Shown here one piece after another: positions 19,642 through 28,552 of a DNA stretch of 64,000 bases. This stretch comes from a virus. The notes beneath the pieces were generated by a model. That model saw only the letters and a program-made list of their open reading frames with translations. It did not search any database and was not told where the DNA came from. Position 1 is the first letter of the stretch. Each line of letters begins with the position of its first letter. The position numbers and the translations under genes are program-made. Location of the stretch: the IMG/VR virus record IMGVR_UViG_3300033144_006256, positions 20,645-84,644 of that record; one strand, written 5' to 3'.

Positions 19642-19673
19642 ACGCTTGACATTTATCCTATATATGCTATAAT
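19628..19673 (+). promoter_or_regulatory. DnaA-box-like site plus sigma70 promoter
   Basis: TTATCAACA; 19-nt identity to the 7763-7781 promoter; TTGACA-N16-TATAAT. Confidence 0.75.
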
Positions 19674-19707
19674 ATAATTATATTATAGAAATATTGAAAA
19701 CCAACCA

Positions 19708-19928
19708 TCCCCCTAACTCTCTACACAACCCCGAGTTTCTACCCTCCTTGAAACTGTGGTAGGTTGTGTGGGGTATTAGGGGGGAGGAATAAAGCAATGT
19801 GCCTTAAAATAAACTTAATAATTTTATTAAATAACTAAGGATGAACTTTAAATAATTAACTACATCATTTGCATTCTTAGTTGAGGGTGGAACTCTTTTG
19901 CTCATTCTCAACTAAGATTTCAAGTGAT
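19708..19928 (+). ncRNA. Two long hairpins in an untranslated leader
   Basis: 19708-19785 (CCCCCTAA/TTAGGGGG, CACAACC/GGTTGTG, loop with CCCTCCTT) and 19864-19928 (TCTTAGTTGAG/CTCAACTAAGA). Confidence 0.5.
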
Positions 19929-19949
19929 TTAATAAATTAAGTAAAAAAT

Positions 19950-20138
19950 ATGGAGAAAAAAGAATTATTAGAAATGAAATTACACGAAGAATGTGTCGTT
20001 AATAAATATTATTCGGTATTAAGAGTTTTTGGAGGATGGATTTATAATCAAATGTTGGAAAATCAAGATGGAATTTGGACTTCCACGTCAACATTTGTCC
20101 CTGAAGTATTAGATTGTGAAGTAATAATGAAAAGTTAA
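19950..20138 (+). CDS. Hypothetical protein
   Basis: RVFGGWIY motif seen in small phage proteins. Confidence 0.6.
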   Translation: MEKKELLEMKLHEECVVNKYYSVLRVFGGWIYNQMLENQDGIWTSTSTFVPEVLDCEVIMKS

Positions 20139-20245
20139 AAAACCGCCTAAGTTCTTTACAATTAAGGAGGATAAGATGAAAACTTATATTGCTACACTGT
20201 GCTTTATAACTCTTTTAAACTTTTTTATATCAAGGGGGTGTAATA

Positions 20246-20506
20246 ATGAATATAAAAGAAGTTCCGAAAGAAAAAGCAATAAAAAGGTATGAGGGTTTTA
20301 TCAGGTTTGTTTTACGAAAACCAAGTAGATATACTAAAGCTAATTTAGCCAGAGCAGACTTATTACGAAGGAATATTTGCAAGAACGGTGGGACTATCAT
20401 AGATGCAGAGAAAGCATATAGAAGAGCAATAGTAAGGATAGATGAAGAAAGGAAACTAAGGGAACAAAGGGTAGCCATAAAACAACAGCAATTAAGAGGG
20501 TGGTAA
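20246..20506 (+). CDS. Hypothetical basic protein
   Basis: AGGGGG RBS and ATG. Confidence 0.55.
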   Translation: MNIKEVPKEKAIKRYEGFIRFVLRKPSRYTKANLARADLLRRNICKNGGTIIDAEKAYRRAIVRIDEERKLREQRVAIKQQQLRGW

Positions 20507-20507
20507 T

Positions 20508-20801
20508 ATGGCAGGCACGCCGAACCAAATTAACGAAAAGCTAAGTAAGCAGATAGAGGAACAGTTTGATACATTTGTTGATAAAGCCACAAAGTTAGGA
20601 ATGATAAGCAAGGTGGTAAATATCCGCAATAAGAAACCGATTGATAAATATACTTATCTAACAGAGCTTTTATTCAGAAATCCAGTATTCATTGATAAAG
20701 ATATGCTCATCTTGATGACCTTAGTAGAACGGCAATGTATCAACTACGGATATGATAGCAAAACACTATCAGAAGCAACGGTAAAGGCAATGAAAATATA
20801 G
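20508..20801 (+). CDS. Hypothetical protein
   Basis: ATG ORF coupled to the previous gene. Confidence 0.55.
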   Translation: MAGTPNQINEKLSKQIEEQFDTFVDKATKLGMISKVVNIRNKKPIDKYTYLTELLFRNPVFIDKDMLILMTLVERQCINYGYDSKTLSEATVKAMKI

Positions 20802-20897
20802 TTGGCAGGTTTCCTCCTCCTTAACCGCCAACCTCAAAAGAGCAGACACCTTAGGCAAGTGTCTGCTCCCACCTTAAATAAATAATAAATAGGAAGT

Positions 20898-21389
20898 ATG
20901 AAGAAATATTTTAAACATTTTTGGACAATCGCAAAACACAAATATTATGTTGGGATAGAATGTTTTAAGGTTGGGCTATATTGGCAAGGGATAATACACG
21001 ATTTTTCAAAGTATAGTTTAACTGAATTTTTTATCTCCGCTAAATATTTTCAAGGAAAAAGTAGTCCGATAGATGCAGAAAGAATTAAAAATGGATATTC
21101 TGTCGCGTGGCTTAACCATAAAGCTAAAAATAAACATCATTTTGTTTATTGGGTTGATTTAGACAGGGGAAAAGCAATCCCTTGTGATATGCCAGATAAG
21201 TATATTTTAGAAATGGCTTGTGATTTTATAGGTGCTGGGAAAGCGTATAACAATGTTTCAAGCGATACAAGCGAACCACTAAAATATTATAACGAAAAAA
21301 TAGACAAGCAATTTATGACCAAAAATACACAAGATAAATTTGAGAAGCTATTACAGAAATATTCTGATACAGGGAGATTAACACCTTAG
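20898..21389 (+). CDS. DUF5662-like HD-type protein
   Basis: H...I.KHK..V, HDFSK, WL.H...NKHH, EM.CD..GA. Confidence 0.75.
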   Translation: MKKYFKHFWTIAKHKYYVGIECFKVGLYWQGIIHDFSKYSLTEFFISAKYFQGKSSPIDAERIKNGYSVAWLNHKAKNKHHFVYWVDLDRGKAIPCDMPDKYILEMACDFIGAGKAYNNVSSDTSEPLKYYNEKIDKQFMTKNTQDKFEKLLQKYSDTGRLTP

Positions 21390-21428
21390 GCAAGCACTCT
21401 CTCCCAATAATAAATTAAATTAAATAAT

Positions 21429-21677
21429 ATGAAGACAATAGCGATTGATGAAGAGGCAATAAAAGGGCTTATAACCAAAAAAGATATAATCGGCGACCTT
21501 TATGCAATTTTACTAATGGTTAGTGGTATGGAGAAAAATCAATTTGTTGGAGGGGGTAGGCTAGAAGAATTAAAAAGTGTAGCTCCTTATCAAATAGCAA
21601 AAAAAATAATGCAATTACAAACTGAGATAGAAACAAAGGTTTTATTAGGTGATACTGAAATAAAAGCGAATAAGTAG
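21429..21677 (+). CDS. Hypothetical protein
   Basis: ATG ORF whose leader is duplicated at 21800. Confidence 0.55.
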   Translation: MKTIAIDEEAIKGLITKKDIIGDLYAILLMVSGMEKNQFVGGGRLEELKSVAPYQIAKKIMQLQTEIETKVLLGDTEIKANK

Positions 21678-21718
21678 TTTCATACGACGGTATGTCTGGT
21701 GCAAACCCAGAGTTCGCT
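21665..21718 (+). ncRNA. Minimal tRNA-like element (acceptor stem plus T arm)
   Basis: AGCGAAT/GTTCGCT stem; CATAC-GACG-GTATG hairpin; TCTGG-TGCAAAC-CCAGA T-arm. Confidence 0.4.
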
Positions 21719-22191
21719 GTCAAGAAACACCTCCACTTTTCCGCTTAAAATACCGGGAAATTAGAGAAAATATTTTGTTGTAAAGTGGACTTTACAAGGA
21801 ATAAATTAAATTAAAAAATATGAAGACAATAGATATTCCCCACAAAGAAATATGTAGAATGTGGGAAGAAAAATGCAAAGAATTTTCAGATTTGCAGTTA
21901 AAAAATATTGGTTTAAATAAAGAAATTAAAAATCTTAACAGTATAATTCTAAAAATTAGAGGTTTAATAAATTAAGGATAAAAAATATGGAATTATTTGC
22001 ATATATTTTAATAGGAATTGGGATTAGTGTGATATTATATTCTATCAGAATTATAACCAAAAAATGAATGAAGATTTAACAAATTAAGATAAAAAATATG
22101 AATATAGAAAAAAAATAAAGAGAATATAAAGTTAAATGATATTTCTAGTAGCAAAGTATTTAAAAATTACCTTAGTGAAATAATAAAAATT

Positions 22192-23022
22192 ATGAAAAAT
22201 AAAATTATACAAGGTGAAGCATTAGAAGAATTAAAAAAACTTCCAGATGAAAGTGTCAATATGTGTATTACGAGTCCACCTTATTGGACTTTAAGAGATT
22301 ACGGAGTTGAAAGGCAACTAGGGTTAGAGCCAAATTTTAATATTTATATTACTAATCTCTGTAATATTTTTGATGAGGTTAAAAGAGTATTAAAAAAAGA
22401 AGGAACTTGTTGGGTTATTTTAGGAGATACATATATGACACAAAAAAGAAAATTGCCTGATAAATGCCTCTGTCAAATTCCATCCCGCTTTGCAATAGAA
22501 ATGACAAATAGAGGTTGGATATTAAGAAATGAATTGATATGGCACAAATCAAACTGTATGTCCTCATCAGTAAAAGATAGATTTACAGTAGATTTTGAAA
22601 AGATATTTTTCTTTGTTAAGGGTAAAAAATATTATTTTGAAACGCAATATGAACCGATGAATGATAAAAGTAAAGAAAGATATAAATATAACTTTACTGG
22701 GAATAAAAATAATGATGGTAAACTTACATTGCAAGAACCAAAGGGGAAATCAATACAATCAAATAAAGGTAGAAATAAACGCTGTGTTTGGAAAATTACA
22801 ACTAAATCATATAAAGAAGCACACTTTGCAACATACCCAGAAAAACTTATAGAGACACCTATATTAGTTGGTTGTCCAGAAAATGGGATAATTCTTGACC
22901 CATTTTTCGGTGCAGGAACAACAGGAGTAGCTTGTAAAAACCTTAATCGTAGATTTATAGGTATAGAAAAAGATAAAGAATATTTTAAAATAGCAGAAGC
23001 GAGAATAAAATCAACACCATAA
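22192..23022 (+). CDS. DNA methyltransferase, N4C/N6A beta class
   Basis: [27 protein letters not shown]. Confidence 0.9.
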   Translation: MKNKIIQGEALEELKKLPDESVNMCITSPPYWTLRDYGVERQLGLEPNFNIYITNLCNIFDEVKRVLKKEGTCWVILGDTYMTQKRKLPDKCLCQIPSRFAIEMTNRGWILRNELIWHKSNCMSSSVKDRFTVDFEKIFFFVKGKKYYFETQYEPMNDKSKERYKYNFTGNKNNDGKLTLQEPKGKSIQSNKGRNKRCVWKITTKSYKEAHFATYPEKLIETPILVGCPENGIILDPFFGAGTTGVACKNLNRRFIGIEKDKEYFKIAEARIKSTP

Positions 23023-23075
23023 CCGCTGTTTTAAAAGAGTTTAACCTTAAATAAATAACAAGAAAGGATAAAAAT

Positions 23076-23546
23076 ATGAATATGGATAAAAAAGAAATTC
23101 AAAAAAGAGTTTTACAAAATGGGGAACCATTAGACTTAGATAAATTTACTTGGGATAAAGATACTAAAACATTTTCAAGTTTAGAAGATAATTTAGTACT
23201 TGATTTTAATGGTATAGATTACTGTGTTTTTTCTGCTGGCTCTGACTGTGTTTTCAAAACTGGCTCTGGTTGTATCTTCAAAACTGGCTCTAACTGTGTT
23301 TTTGATACTGGCTCTGGCTGTGTTTTTTCTACTAGCTCTTACTGTATTTTTTCTACTGGTTTTAACTGTGCAGTAGTTAGAAGAGATGTTTATGGAGTTA
23401 TAGAATTAAAAGAAAATCAGAAAATTAAATTAAATGGATGGAATATTAAAGGTTATAAAATCCTAGATGAGGAAGAAAAATCTCTATCTGGCAAAAAAGT
23501 AAAAGTAGAACTAGACGGTAAAAGTTATACAGCTACTATCGATTAA
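23076..23546 (+). CDS. Octapeptide-repeat protein
   Basis: About six C(V/I)FxTGSx repeats. Confidence 0.7.
   Translation: MNMDKKEIQKRVLQNGEPLDLDKFTWDKDTKTFSSLEDNLVLDFNGIDYCVFSAGSDCVFKTGSGCIFKTGSNCVFDTGSGCVFSTSSYCIFSTGFNCAVVRRDVYGVIELKENQKIKLNGWNIKGYKILDEEEKSLSGKKVKVELDGKSYTATID
23220..23370 (+). repeat. 24-nt coding tandem repeat
   Basis: Units such as TCTGACTGTGTTTTCAAAACTGGC and TCTAACTGTGTTTTTGATACTGGC. Confidence 0.8.
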
Positions 23547-23809
23547 TAAATTAAATAAATATGGATAAGAAATTAATATACAATTATAAAGAATTATACG
23601 ACCCATTAGATGATATTACTTTTAGTTCAGAACTGCTAATCAGAAAATTAAATAAAAGAGAATACCTCAATAATGATGAAAGAGAATTATTGATAGAAGC
23701 AATTGAAGTGTGCGTTAATCTTTTAAAATGTTAGATTATATTATTGCAATTGGGTTATTAACTTTATTTTTTGGAAGTATTTTAGCTGTAATTTTAGGGG
23801 GGGGGTAAA

Positions 23810-23995
23810 ATGGATAAGCAAGAAATGAATATAAAAATAATGACAGATTATCGCTTAGCATTAGAAGAAATATTTAGAAATGTTAGAAATTTAGACGAAG
23901 ATAGATTAGTAGAATTAGATATTAATAGTGCCTTTTTAAAAGAAGAAGAAATACAATTAGTTTGGAAAAGTATTTTCAAAAAAAGAAGAAGATAA
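23810..23995 (+). CDS. Hypothetical protein
   Basis: ATG ORF after a G-rich RBS. Confidence 0.5.
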   Translation: MDKQEMNIKIMTDYRLALEEIFRNVRNLDEDRLVELDINSAFLKEEEIQLVWKSIFKKRRR

Positions 23996-23997
23996 TA

Positions 23998-24073
23998 AAA
24001 GGAGGCATAAGTTGCCTCCTTGACTTTTTCATAAAAAAAGCGTATAATTACAACATAAACTATAACGGTTATA
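23998..24073 (+). promoter_or_regulatory. Hairpin overlapping a promoter, followed by a palindromic operator-like site
   Basis: AAGGAGGCA/TGCCTCCTT hairpin; TTGACT(24020)-N17-TATAAT(24043); TATAACGGTTATA 24061-24073. Confidence 0.65.
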
Positions 24074-24076
24074 ACT

Positions 24077-24943
24077 ATGAAAATCAATCAAATAAAAGTT
24101 TGTAAAAGGTTTAGAAAAGATCTTGGTGACTTAGAAGAATTAAAAAAATCAATTAAAGAAATAGGGCTTTTACAACCAATAGTTGTTGATGAAAATAATA
24201 ATTTAATAGCTGGACAAAGAAGATTACAAGCATTTAAAGAATTAAGTATCACTGATATAGATGTGAATATAATAAAAATAGATAGTAGTTTAAAAGGTGA
24301 ATATGATGAAAATGTTATAAGGAAACAATTTACACCGACAGAGGGGGTTAAAATATGGGAAGCAATGAAAAGTTATCAGGGGAAAAATCAATATACACAA
24401 GAGGATGTGTCCAATTTGGACACAAGCAAAAAAAGAGATAGGGCAGCTAAAGCAACAAAGATAGGAAGAACAAATCTTTCAAAGGCAAAACAAGTTATAG
24501 AATATGGGGATAAGGATATAATAAAAGAAATGGATAAAACCGAGAATATTAGTGGAGCATACAGTAAAATTAAAACAGCAAAAACACTAGCAGATATTGA
24601 ACAACAAAAAAAAGATATAGCAAGTGGCAAAATAAAACTTCCAGAAGGTGTATTTGAAAATATAGTTGTAGATCCGCCTTGGGATTACAAATCAGAATAT
24701 AATGCAGAAACACGAAGATCAGCTAATAAATATCCACCAATGACGTTAGAAGAAATAGAAAATATTAAATTACCATTAGCGGATGATTGTATATTATGGT
24801 TTTGGACAACACAAGCATTTATCTTTGAAGCTAAAAGAATACTTGATAATTGGGGTTTTGATTATAAAGGAATGTTAATTTGGGATAAAGGGCAAATGGG
24901 TCAAGGTTATTGGCTAAGAATGCAATGTGAGTTCTGTGATTAG
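24077..24943 (+). CDS. ParB/Srx N-domain fused to an MT-A70 methyltransferase, C-terminally truncated
   Basis: GLLQPIVV...LIAGQRRL; DPPW, WTT, WGF.Y, G.GYWLR.Q.EFC, then an abrupt stop. Confidence 0.8.
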   Translation: MKINQIKVCKRFRKDLGDLEELKKSIKEIGLLQPIVVDENNNLIAGQRRLQAFKELSITDIDVNIIKIDSSLKGEYDENVIRKQFTPTEGVKIWEAMKSYQGKNQYTQEDVSNLDTSKKRDRAAKATKIGRTNLSKAKQVIEYGDKDIIKEMDKTENISGAYSKIKTAKTLADIEQQKKDIASGKIKLPEGVFENIVVDPPWDYKSEYNAETRRSANKYPPMTLEEIENIKLPLADDCILWFWTTQAFIFEAKRILDNWGFDYKGMLIWDKGQMGQGYWLRMQCEFCD

Positions 24944-25253
24944 ATTTTTTAAACAAGGGGTAAATGCATCTGATTTATTTAATGGTAATTATTTTAATAC
25001 AAGAAGATTAGCTTTAAATAAACCAGCACCAACAATTACAAAAACTAAAGCATTATTACATCCGACAGAAGACAGATGGCTTACAATAGAAGAATGTAAA
25101 GCTATATCAACTTTCCCAAAAGATTTCAAATTTATTGGCTCATATAATAACCAATGGGCAAGAATAAGGAATGCTGTTATGCCAAAATTTATGGAAGCGA
25201 TTGCGTTACATATTAAAAAAGAAATATTAGAAAAATACTATGAAAACAATTAA
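24927..25253 (+). pseudogene. C-terminal fragment of a C5-cytosine DNA methyltransferase
   Basis: P.PTIT, HP.E.R.LT.EEC..I..FP..F.F.G, NAV.P (motifs IX-X only). Confidence 0.75.
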
Positions 25254-25422
25254 CCTTATATGCCAACAATGTGGCACAAAACTATTAAAACAACCACAGA
25301 ACATAAATAAGAGGCAACAACCTTTTTCTACTTGGTATAATGGCTTTTGTGATGTATGTGGTAAAGAAAAAACAGTGACTGAAAACCGTGATTTTGGCTA
25401 TTTAAAAGAAAAAAATGATTAA
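25240..25422 (+). CDS. Small Zn-ribbon protein
   Basis: CQQC...CDVCG...TE.RDFG. Confidence 0.6.
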   Translation: MKTINLICQQCGTKLLKQPQNINKRQQPFSTWYNGFCDVCGKEKTVTENRDFGYLKEKND

Positions 25423-25570
25423 CTATAAAAACAAATATCCATTATCTACCCTTAATACTTAATAAAATAACAGATATAGAAATAATGGGTAATAATCATT
25501 CAACAGAGCAAGGAATACAATATAAGCATATTAGAAACGCAATTAATAATATAATAGAAAGTTAAAAAAT

Positions 25571-25675
25571 ATGAAAACTAAAAAACCTTGTCCAAGTTCA
25601 AAAATCCGTTCTAAAGGTAAAGGACGTGGGTTAGGTATAGGAAAAGGTAAGGGACCGATAGGAAGAAGAAAATAA
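25571..25675 (+). CDS. 34-aa Gly/Lys/Arg-rich basic peptide (not in ORF track)
   Basis: MKTKKPCPSSKIRSKGKGRGLGIGKGKGPIGRRK. Confidence 0.55.
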   Translation: MKTKKPCPSSKIRSKGKGRGLGIGKGKGPIGRRK

Positions 25676-25730
25676 CTTATAACCTGTTATAACTTTAATA
25701 AATTAAAAAAAACATATAGTAAAGGATAAA

Positions 25731-25886
25731 ATGCCTACTGTATCAGAAGAAAAGAAAAAAGAATATTTAGCACTTATAAGAAGATTATTAGTTATGAATC
25801 CAAATATAACTGTTTTAGGTATTCAATCAGCATTAGAAAATAGTAAAAATAGTTTTAATCGATTTTTTTATAAAAATATGTTATAA
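25731..25886 (+). pseudogene. Orphaned 5' stub of the putative small terminase gene
   Basis: MPTVSEEKKKEYLALIRRLLVMNPNITVLGIQSALENSK matches the N-terminus of 26657-27148. Confidence 0.8.
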
Positions 25887-25951
25887 TATATTTATAGGGA
25901 CGAGAAATATTTTTTATGCCTGCCAATGGCTCGTCCCTGAGGTAGGCTTTT
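25879..25951 (+). promoter_or_regulatory. Extended -10 promoter plus attenuator/pseudoknot leader
   Basis: TGtTATAAT; AGGGACGAG (25896) pairs with CTCGTCCCT in the loop of GCCTGCC/GGTAGGC-TTTT. Confidence 0.65.
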
Positions 25952-25963
25952 AAGTATATTATT

Positions 25964-26652
25964 ATGCCATCAGGAGTTTATAAAAGAAGTGAATTAGAAA
26001 AAAATAGATTATATAATAATCTAAAATATAGTATTAGGGTTGGTATGACTGGCAAAAAGCATTCAGAGCATTCAAAAAAGAAGATGAGTAATTCTAAATT
26101 AGGTAAGCATTATTCGACAAGGACTGAGTTTAAAAAAGGTAACCCACCGTGGAATAAAGGCAAAAAATTATCAGATGAATATAGAAAAAAATTAAGTGAA
26201 TCACATAAGGGGTTGCAATCTTATTGGAAAGGCAGAAAAAGAGGAGCGATGTCAGATGAATGGAAAAGAAAAATATCAGAAGCTAATAGGGGGGGGCTAA
26301 AGGGAACGCTTGGAAAGGTGGTATAACAAAAAAACATTTTGCAGAAAGAAATAATGTTGAAATTAAAATTTGGAAGGCTAATATTTTTAAAAAATATAAT
26401 TGGTCTTGTAGAAAATGTGGTAAAATAGGTGGTAGGTTGCAAGCCCACCATATATATAATTTTTCTAGTCACATTAATTTTAGATCTAAGATTGATAATG
26501 GTATATTACTATGCAACGAATGCCATAAAGAATTTCATAAAATATATAAAAGGGTAAATAATAATATAGAGCAAATAGATATTTTTATAAATGGTTATAA
26601 TACTATAAAACAGTTTTTAAGGGATAATTATAAAGAAATATTTTGTGATTAA
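25964..26652 (+). pseudogene. NUMOD3-repeat HNH homing endonuclease, frameshifted at a G8 run
   Basis: KHSE..K.KMS and PWNKGK repeats; the second frame continues WKGGIT...CRKCG...AHH...NG.LLC.ECH..FH; G8 at 26289-26296. Confidence 0.8.
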
Positions 26653-26656
26653 AAAT

Positions 26657-27148
26657 ATGCCAGCATATAGTGAAGAGAAAAAAAATCAATTTATGGAGTA
26701 TATTAGAAGGCTATTAGTTATGAGTCCTAATATTTCTATTTTATCAATACAAGAATCTCTTGAAAAAAGTAAAGGGATAAGGCTAGATAAAGATTATATA
26801 CATAAACTAAGAAACAAAATATTTGCAGAAAGAGCGAATAGGTATAATTATTATACTATAAAAAAATTGTTGCCAGAATATAGTGACGAAATAGAAATAA
26901 TTAAAAGTAGATTGTGGAGCATATTAAATAACAAAGATGCTGAAGATAGAGATAAAATTAGGGCTCTAAGTGAAATAAGAAATTCAAGTAAAGATTTACT
27001 AAACGCTATGGCTGATGCTGGCGTATTTACAAGGGAGATAGGAAAACTTGATACTGGTATGGCTGAAATAGTAAAGATGATTAAAGAATACTACCCTAAA
27101 AAAGAAATAAAGCCAGAAGATGTGCCAGGTGAAGCACCGCAGGAATAG
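26657..27148 (+). CDS. Putative terminase small subunit
   Basis: Helical, with HTH-like N-terminus; lies in the region upstream of terL. The call is positional. Confidence 0.5.
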   Translation: MPAYSEEKKNQFMEYIRRLLVMSPNISILSIQESLEKSKGIRLDKDYIHKLRNKIFAERANRYNYYTIKKLLPEYSDEIEIIKSRLWSILNNKDAEDRDKIRALSEIRNSSKDLLNAMADAGVFTREIGKLDTGMAEIVKMIKEYYPKKEIKPEDVPGEAPQE

Positions 27149-27504
27149 TGTTAGAAGCCCCAAAATTGCGTTCTAAGGGGTTTTAAAGTAAAAAGTAATT
27201 ATAATATACATTATGGAAAAAGAAACATTTGATGCAATAAGAATAATAATATCTTGTTTTGGCTTATCTGTCGCAATAATAGGATTTTTTTATGGAAGTA
27301 ATCACAGGATATACAGGGTTTATGGTTTTTAATGCTTTGGCTATATTCGCTTGGAGTATTTATTTAAGAAAAATTTATATTGAAAATAAGTAGCTTATCT
27401 AAGCCAAAAGTGCTAATTCTATGGGGGGTTCATTTTACATAATAGTTAAAATATGAAACAAGAAGATTGGCAAAAAATATAAGGTTTATTAGAAAGGCAA
27501 AAAA

Positions 27505-27741
27505 ATGAAAAAACATAATCCATATAAACTAACTATAGAAAAAATAGAAAACGGCTTTTTGCTAACCCATAATGAACAACTTGACGATGATTGGGTAAAA
27601 GAACGCAAGGAAGCAATCATAGAAGATGATGATGAAGAAAAAGAAATAGTAGCAGTGCTTCAACAAGTAGCTGAATATTTTGGTATTTATAATAGCAAAC
27701 ATAAAGAAAGAAATTTAGAGATAGGATTTAAAAAAAATTGA
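27505..27741 (+). CDS. Hypothetical protein
   Basis: AGAAAGG RBS; IEKIENGF motif. Confidence 0.6.
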   Translation: MKKHNPYKLTIEKIENGFLLTHNEQLDDDWVKERKEAIIEDDDEEKEIVAVLQQVAEYFGIYNSKHKERNLEIGFKKN

Positions 27742-27818
27742 TAAAGTATTTGATATAGTATATTGTTTTAGAATGATTAAAATTATTTGGTGAATATTGG
27801 GATAGTATGTGGTATTAA

Positions 27819-27891
27819 GCAGATGTAGTTTAACTGTTAAAACTATCATTCCAACAAAATGATTTTAGCGGTACAACTCCGTTCATCTGCA
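27819..27891 (+). tRNA. Degenerate tRNA-like RNA (Gly-like body, atypical loops)
   Basis: GCAGATG/CATCTGC acceptor, GTTT/AAAC D stem, ATCATT/AATGAT anticodon stem, AGCGG/CCGTT T stem with TACAACT loop. Confidence 0.55.
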
Positions 27892-27924
27892 CAGGTTTTT
27901 TAACATTAAATAAAGGAGGGAATA

Positions 27925-28419
27925 ATGACAATAATACCAGTAGTAATTATTGTATTAAAGAAATGTAACCATTTTGTATTAGTAGTTAATTCAACTAAAC
28001 TCAATGGAAAAGCATTCCCAGGTGGTAAAATTAAATTTGGTGAAACAATAAGAGAAGCAACAATGCGTGAAGCGAAAGAAGAATTAGGTATTGATGTTAA
28101 GGTTGAAAGAATAATCGGGTATGGTGAAATGATAACAGCTGGATATGCAGGTGATAGAAAATATTTATCATATGCAGAACTAAACGCACTGCCAGAAACA
28201 CAGAAAAGAAATTTTATTAATCCGTGTAGTAAAAAACATTATTTATTCTATACAGTCCTTTGTTCAAAGAAATTTAAGAATAGCAGAGTAGTATTGAATG
28301 AAGAAGCCACAGAATGTTTTTGGGTCACAATTAATGAGTTAGAAGAATGTGGGTTAAATGGAATTTGGGAACAGCCGATAGGACACATTAAACAATCAAT
28401 GTTTAAAAATCCATATTAG
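27925..28419 (+). CDS. NUDIX hydrolase
   Basis: PGG...GET..EA.MRE.KEELG Nudix box. Confidence 0.9.
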   Translation: MTIIPVVIIVLKKCNHFVLVVNSTKLNGKAFPGGKIKFGETIREATMREAKEELGIDVKVERIIGYGEMITAGYAGDRKYLSYAELNALPETQKRNFINPCSKKHYLFYTVLCSKKFKNSRVVLNEEATECFWVTINELEECGLNGIWEQPIGHIKQSMFKNPY

Positions 28420-28496
28420 TTCTTTATCAAATAAGAAATATGGTATAACTGTTAAAAGAATACAAAGATTTTGTTTATAATACTTCCAATATTCTT

Positions 28497-28538
28497 AAAA
28501 GGGGGCGGAATGCTAATGATGCAATATCCGCCCCAAAA
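28497..28538. terminator. Terminator-like GC hairpin where NUDIX and element B transcription converge
   Basis: GGGGCGGA/TCCGCCCC flanked by A runs. Confidence 0.55.
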
Positions 28539-28552
28539 TACTAATATTTCCA

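Larger units (their letters stand above)
25850..26775 (+). mobile_element. Homing-endonuclease cassette (promoter/leader, NUMOD3-HNH, replacement gene 5' end)
   Basis: Bounded by duplicated N-terminal coding sequence; boundaries approximate. Confidence 0.65.

Noticed and set aside
20151-20162. boxA-like antitermination site GTTCTTTACAAT
   Set aside because: Short and AT-rich, with no boxB or antiterminator gene identified; not supportable.
23220-23370. Possible CRISPR array
   Set aside because: The 24-nt units are contiguous, in frame and have no unique spacers; it is a coding repeat.
25850-26660. Group I intron carrying the HNH
   Set aside because: No P/Q/R/S core seen, and the downstream gene has its own complete N-terminus, so splicing is unnecessary.
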